DNA of 34,977 nt from Thermoleophilia bacterium (GTDB lineage: Bacteria > Actinomycetota > Thermoleophilia > Gaiellales > Gaiellaceae): contig JAICTB010000001.1 in assembly GCA_025936595.1 (NCBI GenBank), positions 1-34,977 of the forward strand, read 5' to 3'. A model generated the notes under the pieces. The model was not told the origin of the DNA. It did no database searches and saw only the letters and a list, made by a program, of their open reading frames with translations. The position numbers and the translations under genes are program-made. Of this stretch, positions 1 through 7,782 are shown in pieces; the first letter of the stretch is position 1, and every line of letters begins with the position of its first letter.

Positions 1-678
1 GCCACGTGGGGCGTGCGGCTCGGGTGGCTCGCACAGACCGCGCTCCTCGGGGCGCAGGCGGCGCACGCGGGCGCCTTCCCCTGGTCGACCTGGGCCGGCT
101 CGCTCAACCTGTTCGTCTGGCTCGTCGTCGGCGCGTACCTGATCTGGGGCTGCCGGCCGCGCTACCGGCTGCTCGGTCTCGCCGTGATGCCGCTCGCCCT
201 CGTGCTCTTTGTCGTCGCGCGGATCGGCGGCGGCACGCGCGCGGGCGCCCACTCGAGCGACGGCAACCTCTTCCTCGTGCTGCACGTCGGCTTCGTGCTC
301 GCGGCGTTCGCCGGCTTCACGCTCGCCGCCGCGCTCGCCGGCCTCTACCTCTGGCAGGAGCGCCGGCTGAAACGGCGCGCCGCCGACATCCTGCGCCTGC
401 GCCTGCCGCCGCTCGCCGCGCTCGAGCGGCTGGCGTCGCGCACGATCGCCGTCTCCCTTCCGCTCCTGACGCTCGGTCTCGTCGCCGGCATAGTCCGCCA
501 GCGCGAGCGGGGAGGCTCGATTGACGCGCTCGAGGTGCTCACCGTCCTGACGTGGATCGTCTACGGCGGCTTCCTCGCGGTCCGCCCGACGGGTCGCCGC
601 GCCGCGTACCTCGCCGTCTGCGGCTTCGCGCTCGTGATCGTCGCCCGCCTCGCGCTCGCCGGAGGTCACTTCACATGA
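1..678 (+). CDS. Cytochrome c assembly family membrane protein (CcsA/HemX-like); 5' end probably cut by the window edge
   Basis: Frame 1 is open from base 1, with no stop before the GTG at 13. The product is polytopic and hydrophobic. Its C-terminal segment TWIVYGGFLAVRPTGRRAAYLAVCGFALVIV resembles HemX/CcsA-type proteins. The stop TGA 676-678 overlaps the hemA ATG (ATGA). A hemX-like gene next to hemA is known from Bacillus hem operons. Confidence 0.65.
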   Translation, partial: ATWGVRLGWLAQTALLGAQAAHAGAFPWSTWAGSLNLFVWLVVGAYLIWGCRPRYRLLGLAVMPLALVLFVVARIGGGTRAGAHSSDGNLFLVLHVGFVLAAFAGFTLAAALAGLYLWQERRLKRRAADILRLRLPPLAALERLASRTIAVSLPLLTLGLVAGIVRQRERGGSIDALEVLTVLTWIVYGGFLAVRPTGRRAAYLAVCGFALVIVARLALAGGHFT

Positions 679-1874
679 CTCTGTCGTTGGTCGGTCTCTC
701 GCACCACGTCGCGCCGGTCGAGCTGCGCGAGCGTGTGACGCTCGGGCTCGACGCCTCAGCGGAGCTCGCGCGCTCGCTCGGCGACGCGGTCTGCCTCTCG
801 ACGTGCAACCGCACGGAGCTCTACCTGGCGGACGTCGACGACGAGCAGGCGCTCGCCGCCCTCGGCGACCTTGCCGGTGAGCCGCTCGACGGTGTCGCCT
901 ACCGGCTGCACGAGGACGCCGCGGCGCTGCATCTGTTCCGCGTCGCGGCGGGCCTCGACTCGCTCGTGCCCGGCGAAGGGGAGATCCTCGGCCAGGTGCG
1001 CAGCGCGTACGAGGCCGTCGCACCGGGGCCGCTGCTCGACCGTGTCTTCCGCCAGGCGCTGGCGGTCGGCAAGCGCGTTCGCACCGAGACGGCGATCGGC
1101 GAAAGCCCCGCTTCCGTGTCGTCGGCCGCCGCGGCGCTCGCCGCGCAGGTGTTCGGCGATCTGCGCGGCCGCCGGGTCCTCCTGATCGGCGCCGGCCGGA
1201 TCGGCGAGCTCGCCGCGGGGAACCTCGCCTCGCGCGGCGCCGAGATCGCGTTCGTCGCGAACCGCACGGCGGACGGCGCACGCGAGCTCGCGCAGCGCTT
1301 CGGCGGCGCGGCGCTCACGCTCGACGAGCTCCCGGCGCGGCTCGGCGAGGTCGACGTCGTCGTCTCCTCGACGAGCGCGCCCGAGCCGGTGCTCGTCGCG
1401 GGCGACGTGCCGGCGAAGCGGCGTGCGCCGCTCTTCTTCATCGACATCGCGGTGCCGCGCGATCTCGATGCGGCGATCGCCCGCCTCGACGGCTGCTTCC
1501 TCTACGACATCGACGATCTCGAAGCCGTCGTCGCCGAGACGCTCAGCGGGCGCCGCGCCGAAGCGGAGCGCGCAGAGCAGCTTGTCGCCGAGGAGGCCGA
1601 GCGGTTCCGCGCATGGCGTGCGTCGCTCGACGTGGTGCCGGCGATCGCATCGCTGCGTGCGCACGCGGAGGAAATTCGTGCCGCCGAGCTCGCCAAGCTG
1701 AACGGCCGCGTCAGCGACGACGAACGCCGGACGCTCGAGTCGGTGACGGCGCAGATCCTGAACAAGCTCCTGCACCTCCCGACGGTGCGGATGAAGGATG
1801 CCGCGGTCGGCGCCGACGGCGCCGCGTACGCAGACGCGGTCAGGCACCTCTTCGGCCTCGAAGACGATGTCTAG
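675..1874 (+). CDS. hemA: Glutamyl-tRNA reductase
   Basis: The 399-aa product starts MTLSLVGLSHHVAPVELRERV. It contains CLSTCNRTELY (catalytic Cys motif), a GEGEILGQV segment and the NADPH-binding LLIGAGRIGELAA. I chose the ATG at 675 inside the longer 552..1874 ORF because it overlaps the upstream stop and matches the usual HemA N-terminus. Confidence 0.93.
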   Translation: MTLSLVGLSHHVAPVELRERVTLGLDASAELARSLGDAVCLSTCNRTELYLADVDDEQALAALGDLAGEPLDGVAYRLHEDAAALHLFRVAAGLDSLVPGEGEILGQVRSAYEAVAPGPLLDRVFRQALAVGKRVRTETAIGESPASVSSAAAALAAQVFGDLRGRRVLLIGAGRIGELAAGNLASRGAEIAFVANRTADGARELAQRFGGAALTLDELPARLGEVDVVVSSTSAPEPVLVAGDVPAKRRAPLFFIDIAVPRDLDAAIARLDGCFLYDIDDLEAVVAETLSGRRAEAERAEQLVAEEAERFRAWRASLDVVPAIASLRAHAEEIRAAELAKLNGRVSDDERRTLESVTAQILNKLLHLPTVRMKDAAVGADGAAYADAVRHLFGLEDDV

Positions 1875-1883
1875 GAAGCTCGT

Positions 1884-2714
1884 GTGCTGATCCGGATCGG
1901 CTCCCGCGGCTCCAGGCTCGCGCTCACGCAGGCCGAGCAGGCTGCGGCGGCGCTCCGGCGCGACGGCGTCGAGGTCGCGCTCGTGCCGATGACGACTGCC
2001 GGCGATCGCGACCGCACGAGCCCGTTCGGGCAGATCGGCGAGCGCGGCGTCTTCGTGAAGGAGATCGAGGAGGCGCTGCTCGCCGGGCGCATCGACGTCG
2101 CTGTCCACTCCGCGAAGGACATGACCTCGACCGACACGGCCGGCCTCGTCGTCGGCGCGTTTCTCGAGCGCGACGATCCCCGCGACGCGCTGGTCGGCGC
2201 GGACGCGATCCGGCCCGGGATGCGCATCGGCACCGCGTCGGTTCGCCGGCGCGCGCAGCTGCTCGCGCTCGAGCCGACGCTCTCGATCGAGCCGATGCGC
2301 GGCAACATCGACACACGCCTGCGCAAGCGTCAGGAGCGCGGCCTCGACGCGATCGTCCTCGCAGCGTGCGGGCTCGACCGGCTCGGGCTGCAGGACGAGA
2401 TCGGCCTGCGCCTCGATCCGGAGCAGATGCTTCCCGAAGCGGCGCAGGGCGCGCTCGCGCTGCAGGTGCGCGCGGGAGAGGAGGAGCTCGTCACGTCTGT
2501 CGACGACGCCGAGACGCGCCGACGCGTCGAGCCGGAGCGGCAGTGCGTCGCGATCGTCGGAGCCGGCTGCCTCGCGCCCGTCGCGGCCCACCACGACGGG
2601 ACGACGCTGCACGCGCTGATCGCGGACGAGGACGGCGCGTGGATCGAGCGGCGCTCGGGCGACGATCCGGTCGCGCTCGCGGAGGCGCTCGCCGGGCTCG
2701 CCGCTGCGCGATGA
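1884..2714 (+). CDS. hemC: Hydroxymethylbilane synthase (porphobilinogen deaminase)
   Basis: The 276-aa product starts (GTG)LIRIGSRGSRLALTQA and contains TTAGDR, GVFVKEIEEALL, AVHSAKD and RGNIDTRL motifs. An AGGAAG Shine-Dalgarno lies 5 nt upstream of the GTG at 1884. Confidence 0.93.
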   Translation: MLIRIGSRGSRLALTQAEQAAAALRRDGVEVALVPMTTAGDRDRTSPFGQIGERGVFVKEIEEALLAGRIDVAVHSAKDMTSTDTAGLVVGAFLERDDPRDALVGADAIRPGMRIGTASVRRRAQLLALEPTLSIEPMRGNIDTRLRKRQERGLDAIVLAACGLDRLGLQDEIGLRLDPEQMLPEAAQGALALQVRAGEEELVTSVDDAETRRRVEPERQCVAIVGAGCLAPVAAHHDGTTLHALIADEDGAWIERRSGDDPVALAEALAGLAAAR

Positions 2715-3352
2715 AGGTGATCGTCACGCGGCCGCGCGCCCAGGCGCGGCCGCTGGTCGAGGCGCTCCAGGCACTCGGAGCCGAGGTCGCCGAGTGCCCG
2801 CTGATCGAGATCGAGCGAACCTCCGACGATCCGGTCGACGCGGCCGGGTACGACTGGGTGGTCGTGACGAGCCCGAACGGCGCGGACGAGATCGCGCGGC
2901 GCGGCCGCAACCTGCCGCCGGTCGCGGCCGTCGGCCCGGGTACCGCGGAGGCGTTGCGTGCGCACGGCATCGAGCCCGCGTTCGTCCCGCTCGAGTCGTC
3001 GCAGGACGGCCTCGTGCGCGAGTTCCCGCGGCCGGCCGGGCGGGTGCTTTTCACCGCGGCCGAGGGCGCGCGCCTCACGCCGGTCGAGGAGCTCGGCGCG
3101 GACTTCGTCCCGCTCTACCGGACGCGGCTGCTCACGCCGGAACCGCCGCCGGGCGACCTCGTCGTCCTCGCCTCGGGCTCCGCCGCCCGCGCCTACGCGG
3201 CCGTCGGCGGCACCGCGCCCGCCGTCAGCATCGGCCCGGAGACGACGCGCGTCGCGGAGACCGTCGGGCTGACCGTCGCCGCGGAGGCGACGACACACGA
3301 TCTCGCAGGGCTTGTCGCGGCCGTGCGCGATCTGATGGAGTCCCGCCCGTGA
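2711..3352 (+). CDS. hemD: Uroporphyrinogen-III synthase
   Basis: The 213-aa product starts MKVIVTRPRAQARPLVEALQALGAEV and contains WVVVTSPNGA, as in the HemD family. The ATG at 2711 overlaps the hemC stop (ATGA). The position after hemA-hemC also fits. Confidence 0.85.
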   Translation: MKVIVTRPRAQARPLVEALQALGAEVAECPLIEIERTSDDPVDAAGYDWVVVTSPNGADEIARRGRNLPPVAAVGPGTAEALRAHGIEPAFVPLESSQDGLVREFPRPAGRVLFTAAEGARLTPVEELGADFVPLYRTRLLTPEPPPGDLVVLASGSAARAYAAVGGTAPAVSIGPETTRVAETVGLTVAAEATTHDLAGLVAAVRDLMESRP

Positions 3353-4149
3353 GCGTCATCACCTTCATGACCGATTTCGGGCTCGAGGACGACTTCGTCG
3401 GTACCTGCCACGGCGTGATCGCCGGCATCGCCCCGGAGGCGCGGGTGATCGACGTCACGCACGGGATCGCGCCTCAGGCGGTGCTGCAGGGCGCGCTCGT
3501 TCTTCGGAACACGACCCCGTACATGCCCGCCGGCGTGCATCTCGCCGTGGTCGATCCGGGAGTGGGCGGCGACCGCCGCGCGATCGCCCTGCGGACGAGC
3601 GACGGCCGCGTGTTCGTCGGCCCCGACAACGGGCTGCTGACGCTCGTCGCCGACGAGCTCGGCATCGATGCCGCCCACGAGCTGACGGCCGAGCGCTACC
3701 GCCTGCCGGACGTCTCGCACACGTTCCACGCCCGCGATGTCTTCGCGCCCGCCGCCGCGCATCTCGCCGCGGGCGTCGAGCTCGCGGAGCTCGGGCCTTC
3801 CCTCGACCCCGCGGAGCTCGTGCGCGTCGTCGTGCCGGATCCCGAGCTCGGCCGATCGCAGATCTCGGCGACGGTGCTCAGCGTCGATCGCTTCGGCAAC
3901 ATCGCGACGAACGCACGCCGGAAGCACCTGGACGCCCTCGGCCTCGAGAACGGCGACCAGGCGGAGGTGCGCGTCGCGCTCGACCGCTACTACGCGGTCG
4001 TCGCCGGCACGTTCGCCGATGCGCCGACCGGAGAGCTGATCCTCTACGAGGACTCCTCGGCGCTCGTCACGCTCGCGATCAGCCTCGGCGACGCTGCGAG
4101 GCTCACGGGCGCGGGCGCCGGCGACGAGCTCAGGATCGTCACCGGATGA
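3349..4149 (+). CDS. SAM hydrolase / SAM hydroxide adenosyltransferase family protein (DUF62)
   Basis: The N-terminus VSVITFMTDFGLEDDFVGTCHGVIAGI is the hallmark DUF62 start, and VVDPGVGGDRRAIAL and GPDNGLLT motifs follow. The GTG at 3349 overlaps the hemD stop (GTGA); an alternative ATG lies at 3367. Confidence 0.85.
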   Translation: MSVITFMTDFGLEDDFVGTCHGVIAGIAPEARVIDVTHGIAPQAVLQGALVLRNTTPYMPAGVHLAVVDPGVGGDRRAIALRTSDGRVFVGPDNGLLTLVADELGIDAAHELTAERYRLPDVSHTFHARDVFAPAAAHLAAGVELAELGPSLDPAELVRVVVPDPELGRSQISATVLSVDRFGNIATNARRKHLDALGLENGDQAEVRVALDRYYAVVAGTFADAPTGELILYEDSSALVTLAISLGDAARLTGAGAGDELRIVTG

Positions 4150-4751
4150 CCACCGGCCAGCGCTTCGCACGCCTCGTCGCCTCGACGGTCGTGCGTGCGC
4201 CGTTCCTGTGGCGCTTCTTTCGCGGCAGCCTGACGCGTATGTTCGACCGGCTCGCGCCGGAGTGGGATGCGACGCGCATCGACCGCGCGAAGCTTGCGCC
4301 GATGGTCGCCGCGCTCGAGTCGCTTCCCGACCCGCCGCTGCGCGTTCTCGATGCCGGCACCGGCAGCGGCGCCGTCGCGCGGCTCGCGGCGGAGCTCTTC
4401 CCCGGCGCCCAGGTGACCGGCATCGATGCGTCCGCAGGCATGGTCGCCGAGGCGCGTCGGCTTGCGAGCAGCGAGCGGGAGCGGTACGAGGTCGCCGACG
4501 CCTCCGACCTGCCGTTCCCGGACGCGAGCTTCGACCTGGTGACGCTGAACAACATGATCCCGTTCTTCGACGAGCTCGCGCGGGTGACGGCGACGGGCGG
4601 TGCCGTCGCCGTCTGTTACACGCGCGGCGCCGAGACCCCGATCTGGGTCCCGCTCGCGCGCGTGCGGCGGGAGCTCGAGCGGCGCGGCTTCGCACACGTC
4701 GGAGACTTCGCAGTCGGTCCGGGGCTCGCACTCCTCGCCCGCAAGGAGTGA
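4146..4751 (+). CDS. Class I SAM-dependent methyltransferase
   Basis: The 201-aa product contains the motif I sequence VLDAGTGSGAVA and the post-I sequence VTGIDASAGMVAEA. The ATG at 4146 overlaps the upstream stop (ATGA). Confidence 0.8.
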   Translation: MTTGQRFARLVASTVVRAPFLWRFFRGSLTRMFDRLAPEWDATRIDRAKLAPMVAALESLPDPPLRVLDAGTGSGAVARLAAELFPGAQVTGIDASAGMVAEARRLASSERERYEVADASDLPFPDASFDLVTLNNMIPFFDELARVTATGGAVAVCYTRGAETPIWVPLARVRRELERRGFAHVGDFAVGPGLALLARKE

Positions 4752-4770
4752 CGGCTACACTTCCGCGCGC

Positions 4771-4843
4771 GGCGAGGTAGCTCAGTTGGTAGAGCACACG
4801 GCTGAAAACCGTGGTGTCGCCGGTTCAAGTCCGGCCCTCGCCA
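4771..4843 (+). tRNA. tRNA-Phe (anticodon GAA), no encoded CCA
   Basis: A cloverleaf can be read directly from the sequence. Acceptor stem is GGCGAGG/CCTCGCC, the D-arm is GCTCAGTTGGTAGAGC, and the anticodon stem CACGG/CCGTG carries the loop CTGAAAA. The T-arm is GCCGG TTCAAGT CCGGC and the discriminator is A at 4843. Confidence 0.95.
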
Positions 4844-6046
4844 TTGGACGGGCACCGTCGCATCGAGTGGGCGCGCCGGCACATGCCGGTGCTCGCGCGG
4901 CTGCGCGACCGGCTCGGAGACGGCGCACTGCGCGGCCGGAGACTCGCAGTCGTCGTGCACCTCGAGGCGAAGACCGCGTGCCTCGTGCTCGCGCTGCAGG
5001 AGGCGGGCGCGACGGTCGTCGCGGCGGGCTCGAACCCGCTCTCGACGCAGGACGCCGTCGTCGCGGCGCTCGCCGAGCGCGGGGTCGAGGTGCACGCGCG
5101 GCACGGTGTGTCGCAGGAGGAGTTCACGGCCGACCTCCTGCGTGTCGCGGAGTCGGGTGCTGAGCTCGTGATCGACGACGGGCTCGAGCTGACGCGCCGC
5201 ATGGCCGAGCACCGGCCCGACCTGTACGCGCAGCTCCGCGGCGTCAGCGAGGAGACGACGACCGGTGTCGCCCGGCTCCGAGCGCTCGAGGCCGAAGGCC
5301 TGCTCGGCTTCCCCGCCGTCGCCGCGAACGACGCACGCTGCAAGCACCTGTTCGACAACGTCTACGGCACCGGCCAGACCACGCTGACCGCGATCCTCGC
5401 GCTCACGAACGTGCTCGCCGCCGGTCGCGGGTTCTGCATCGTCGGCTACGGCTGGGTGGGGAGGGGGCTCGCGAAGGCAGCGCACGGTCTCGGTGGGCGT
5501 ATCACCATCGTCGAGATCGATCCCGTGCGTGCGTTGACCGCGCACATGGACGGCCACAACGTCGCACCGCTCGCACGCGCCCTCGAGGACGCGGACGTCG
5601 TGATCACCGCGACGGGCCTGGTCGAGGCACTCGACGCGTCGTCGTTTGCCCACCTGCAGGACGGAGTCCTGCTGGCGAATGCCGGTCATCACGATCGCGA
5701 GATCGACGTGCCGGCGCTCGCCGCGCAGGCGGACGAGACGATCGAAGCGCGGGCGAACGTGACGACCTACGTGCTCGGCGACCGGCGGGTGCACGTGCTC
5801 GCGGGCGGCGCCCTCGTCAACATCGCCGGGCTCGACGGCAACCCGATCGAGATCATGGACCTCTCCTTCTCGGTGCAGGCGCTCTCGATCCACACGCTCG
5901 CTTCCGGGGAGCTGCCGGCCGGGGTCAACGAGTTTCCCGCCGAGCTCGACGACCTGATCGCACGCACGAAGCTCGAGACGCTCGGGATCGAGCTCGACGA
6001 GCCGACGGAGGTGCAGGAGCGCTTCCGCTCCGCCTGGATGGTCTAG
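4844..6046 (+). CDS. ahcY: Adenosylhomocysteinase (short archaeal/Thermotoga-type)
   Basis: The product contains GSNPLSTQD, EETTTGV, CKHLFDNVYGTGQT and the NAD-binding IVGYGWVGRG. The annotated start is the TTG at 4844, giving LDGHRRIEWARRHMPVL, a typical short SAHH N-terminus. The other in-frame starts, GTG 4811 and 4814, lie inside the tRNA, so the start remains uncertain. Confidence 0.88.
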   Translation: MDGHRRIEWARRHMPVLARLRDRLGDGALRGRRLAVVVHLEAKTACLVLALQEAGATVVAAGSNPLSTQDAVVAALAERGVEVHARHGVSQEEFTADLLRVAESGAELVIDDGLELTRRMAEHRPDLYAQLRGVSEETTTGVARLRALEAEGLLGFPAVAANDARCKHLFDNVYGTGQTTLTAILALTNVLAAGRGFCIVGYGWVGRGLAKAAHGLGGRITIVEIDPVRALTAHMDGHNVAPLARALEDADVVITATGLVEALDASSFAHLQDGVLLANAGHHDREIDVPALAAQADETIEARANVTTYVLGDRRVHVLAGGALVNIAGLDGNPIEIMDLSFSVQALSIHTLASGELPAGVNEFPAELDDLIARTKLETLGIELDEPTEVQERFRSAWMV

Positions 6047-6418
6047 TTAGCTGCGCCCCTGGGCGATGCGGTCGACGAGGCCGCGGGCCATCTCGTGCTT
6101 CTCGAGCACGGCGTCGGCGCCCGCCTCGCGGGCGGCGCCGTGCAACCTCGGATCGGCGTCTCCGGTCAGGACGATCAGGCAGATGCTCGGGTGGTCGCGG
6201 CGCAGCCGCGCGAGCGCCGAGATGCCGTCGAGAAGCGGCATGTGCAGATCGATCACCGCGGCGTCCGGGCCGAGCTCGTCGGCCAGCTCGATCGCCTCCA
6301 ATCCGTTGCGCGCGGCAGCCACGACGGCCAGCTCGGGCTGGCGGTCGATCAGGGCGCGAAGCGATTCGAGGAAGAGCGCATCGTCGTCCGCGAGCAACAC
6401 CTTGATCGGGCCGTCCAT
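6047..6418 (-). CDS. Stand-alone response regulator receiver domain protein (CheY-like)
   Basis: The 123-aa product starts MDGPIKVLLADDDALF and contains DAAVIDLHMPLLDG (phospho-acceptor Asp region), then LIVLTGDAD. No output domain is present. The ATG at 6418 was chosen inside the long 6047..7204 ORF. Confidence 0.85.
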   Translation of the reverse strand: MDGPIKVLLADDDALFLESLRALIDRQPELAVVAAARNGLEAIELADELGPDAAVIDLHMPLLDGISALARLRRDHPSICLIVLTGDADPRLHGAAREAGADAVLEKHEMARGLVDRIAQGRS

Positions 6419-6428
6419 CGGAGTTGCG

Positions 6429-6434
6429 TAGATT
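6429..6434 (+). promoter_or_regulatory. Putative -10 hexamer TAGATT for a leaderless arginase mRNA
   Basis: A TAnnnT-type hexamer ends 8 nt before the A of the arginase ATG at 6443. No Shine-Dalgarno fits in the 24-nt divergent spacer. No convincing -35 lies at canonical spacing. Confidence 0.3.
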
Positions 6435-6442
6435 CTTCCAGC

Positions 6443-7348
6443 ATGGATGCTCCGGAAACTCCGCGGGCGGTCGCGGTCATCGGCGCCGGGCTCGACCTCG
6501 GCGCGGGACGACGCGGCGTCGACATGGGGCCGTCGGCGATCCGCTACGCCGACCTCGAGGCGCGCATTCGCGCGCTCGGGCGCGACGTCGAGGATCGCGG
6601 CGACATCCCGTCGCCGGTCCCGGAGGCGATCGGCGAGGGCGAGCCGGACGCGCGCTACCTCGCGGCGATCCTGCACGCGTGCGAGCGCGTCGCCGCCCTC
6701 GTCGGCGAGGCCGACCGCCAGGGGCTCCTCCCGCTCGTGCTCGGCGGCGATCACTCGATCGCGATGGGCACGCTCGGCGGGATGGCGGAGACGCGCGGTC
6801 CGGGCGCTGTGCTCTGGATCGACGCGCACGGTGACCTGAACCGGCCGAGCACCTCTCCGACCGGCAACGTGCACGGCATGCCGCTCGCGGCTGCGTTCGG
6901 CGTGGCCGGCGACGCGTTCGCCGCGGCCGCCTACCCGACGCCGTCCGTGGAGCGCGCCGCGCTCGTCGGCGTCCGCTCGCTCGACCCGGGCGAGCGCGCG
7001 CTCGTCAAGGAGCTCGATGCGCGCGTCTTCACGATGAGCGAGATCGACCGCCGTGGCGCGGACGAGGTGGTCGAAGAGGCGCTCGCGTTCGTCTCCGGTG
7101 CCGCCTTCGTGCACGTCAGCCTCGACCTCGACGCGGTCGACCCGATGTTTGCGCCGGGGGTCGGAACGCCCGTCCGCGGCGGTCTCTCCTACCGCGAGGC
7201 GCACCTCGCCCTGGAGCTCGTCTCCGAGTCAGGGCTGCTCGACTCGCTCGACGTGGTCGAGGTGAACCCGATCCTCGACCGCGAGAATGCAACGGGCACG
7301 CTCGCTGTCGAGCTCGTCGCGAGCGCGCTCGGCGCGCGAATTCTCTAG
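6443..7348 (+). CDS. rocF: Arginase
   Basis: The 301-aa product carries the ureohydrolase Mn-binding motifs LGGDHSIAMG, IDAHGDLN and SLDLDAVDP. The arginase-type segment TSPTGNVHGMPLA is also present. Confidence 0.9.
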   Translation: MDAPETPRAVAVIGAGLDLGAGRRGVDMGPSAIRYADLEARIRALGRDVEDRGDIPSPVPEAIGEGEPDARYLAAILHACERVAALVGEADRQGLLPLVLGGDHSIAMGTLGGMAETRGPGAVLWIDAHGDLNRPSTSPTGNVHGMPLAAAFGVAGDAFAAAAYPTPSVERAALVGVRSLDPGERALVKELDARVFTMSEIDRRGADEVVEEALAFVSGAAFVHVSLDLDAVDPMFAPGVGTPVRGGLSYREAHLALELVSESGLLDSLDVVEVNPILDRENATGTLAVELVASALGARIL

Positions 7349-7707
7349 TCGCCCCGGACGGCGAGCCGCAGGTGCAGGACGCCCTTGCGCGGCACCCGCG
7401 CCCGAGACGGCGTCACCTGCCCGGTCAGGGGCGGCGGCGCGGCCGCGATCGTGTACGCCCCCGGCGGCAGCCGGAGCGCGAACGATCCGTCCGCGTGCAC
7501 GCGCGCCCGCACCGGCAGGCGGCCCGCGTGCGTGAAGACGACGAACGCCCCGACGATGCGCGGGTCGCACGGCTCGCCCGGGAAGCAGGTCACGGCGACG
7601 GAGCCCCGGTCGAGGATGCCGCGGACGTTCGGGACAGATGTTCTCGCCGCCGCGGTGCATGCGGCGATCGCTGCGACCACGACTGCGAGCAGCGAGAGGC
7701 GAATCAC
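7345..7707 (-). CDS. Small lipoprotein / secreted protein with a carboxypeptidase-regulatory-like beta domain
   Basis: The N-terminus MIRLSLLAVVVAAIAAC has a lipobox-like IAAC. The later DGSFALRLPPGAYTI resembles a CarboxypepD_reg strand pattern. It is convergent with arginase, with a 4-nt overlap. Confidence 0.55.
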   Translation of the reverse strand: MIRLSLLAVVVAAIAACTAAARTSVPNVRGILDRGSVAVTCFPGEPCDPRIVGAFVVFTHAGRLPVRARVHADGSFALRLPPGAYTIAAAPPPLTGQVTPSRARVPRKGVLHLRLAVRGD

Positions 7708-7731
7708 CAGCCGGAACCGTAGCCGAGACGG

Positions 7732-7761
7732 CTCGGGGCCGGCAGTGCTGCCGGCCCCGAG
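7732..7761 (-). terminator. GC-rich perfect hairpin downstream of the BNR protein gene
   Basis: CTCGGGGCCGGCAG (7732-7745) and CTGCCGGCCCCGAG (7748-7761) are perfect 14-nt inverted arms. The hairpin lies 22 nt beyond the stop of the 7783..11745 gene. No U-tract follows, which is common in high-GC genomes. Confidence 0.5.
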
Positions 7762-7782
7762 CGTCCCTGCGCCTGTCCCCGG

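Noticed and set aside
756-2612. A 618-aa minus-strand ORF antisense to hemA/hemC. Similar long antisense or off-frame ORFs occur at 1613..3352 (5' part), 2330..3298, 11770..13053, 13869..15152, 17271..19046, 19296..20501, 24036..25586, 25689..26939 and 30373..32151.
   Set aside because: Their products are low-complexity Arg/Ala/Gly/Pro-rich strings with no recognisable motifs. Each lies opposite, or out of frame with, a gene whose product has clear family motifs. Long stop-free shadow frames are expected in very GC-rich DNA.
3193-4797. A 534-aa minus-strand ORF beginning MLYQLSYLA. The 425-aa ORF 4616..5893 similarly contains PDLNRRHHGFQPCALPTEL.
   Set aside because: Their termini are simply the antisense translation of the tRNA-Phe gene, a well-known source of false hypothetical proteins. 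The rest is Arg-rich shadow frame opposite the DUF62, methyltransferase and ahcY genes.
4771-4843. tRNA-Phe as the integration site of a genomic island.
   Set aside because: Both flanks are housekeeping genes coupled to the tRNA without spacers. I noticed no integrase, no direct repeat of the tRNA 3' end and no compositional shift downstream.
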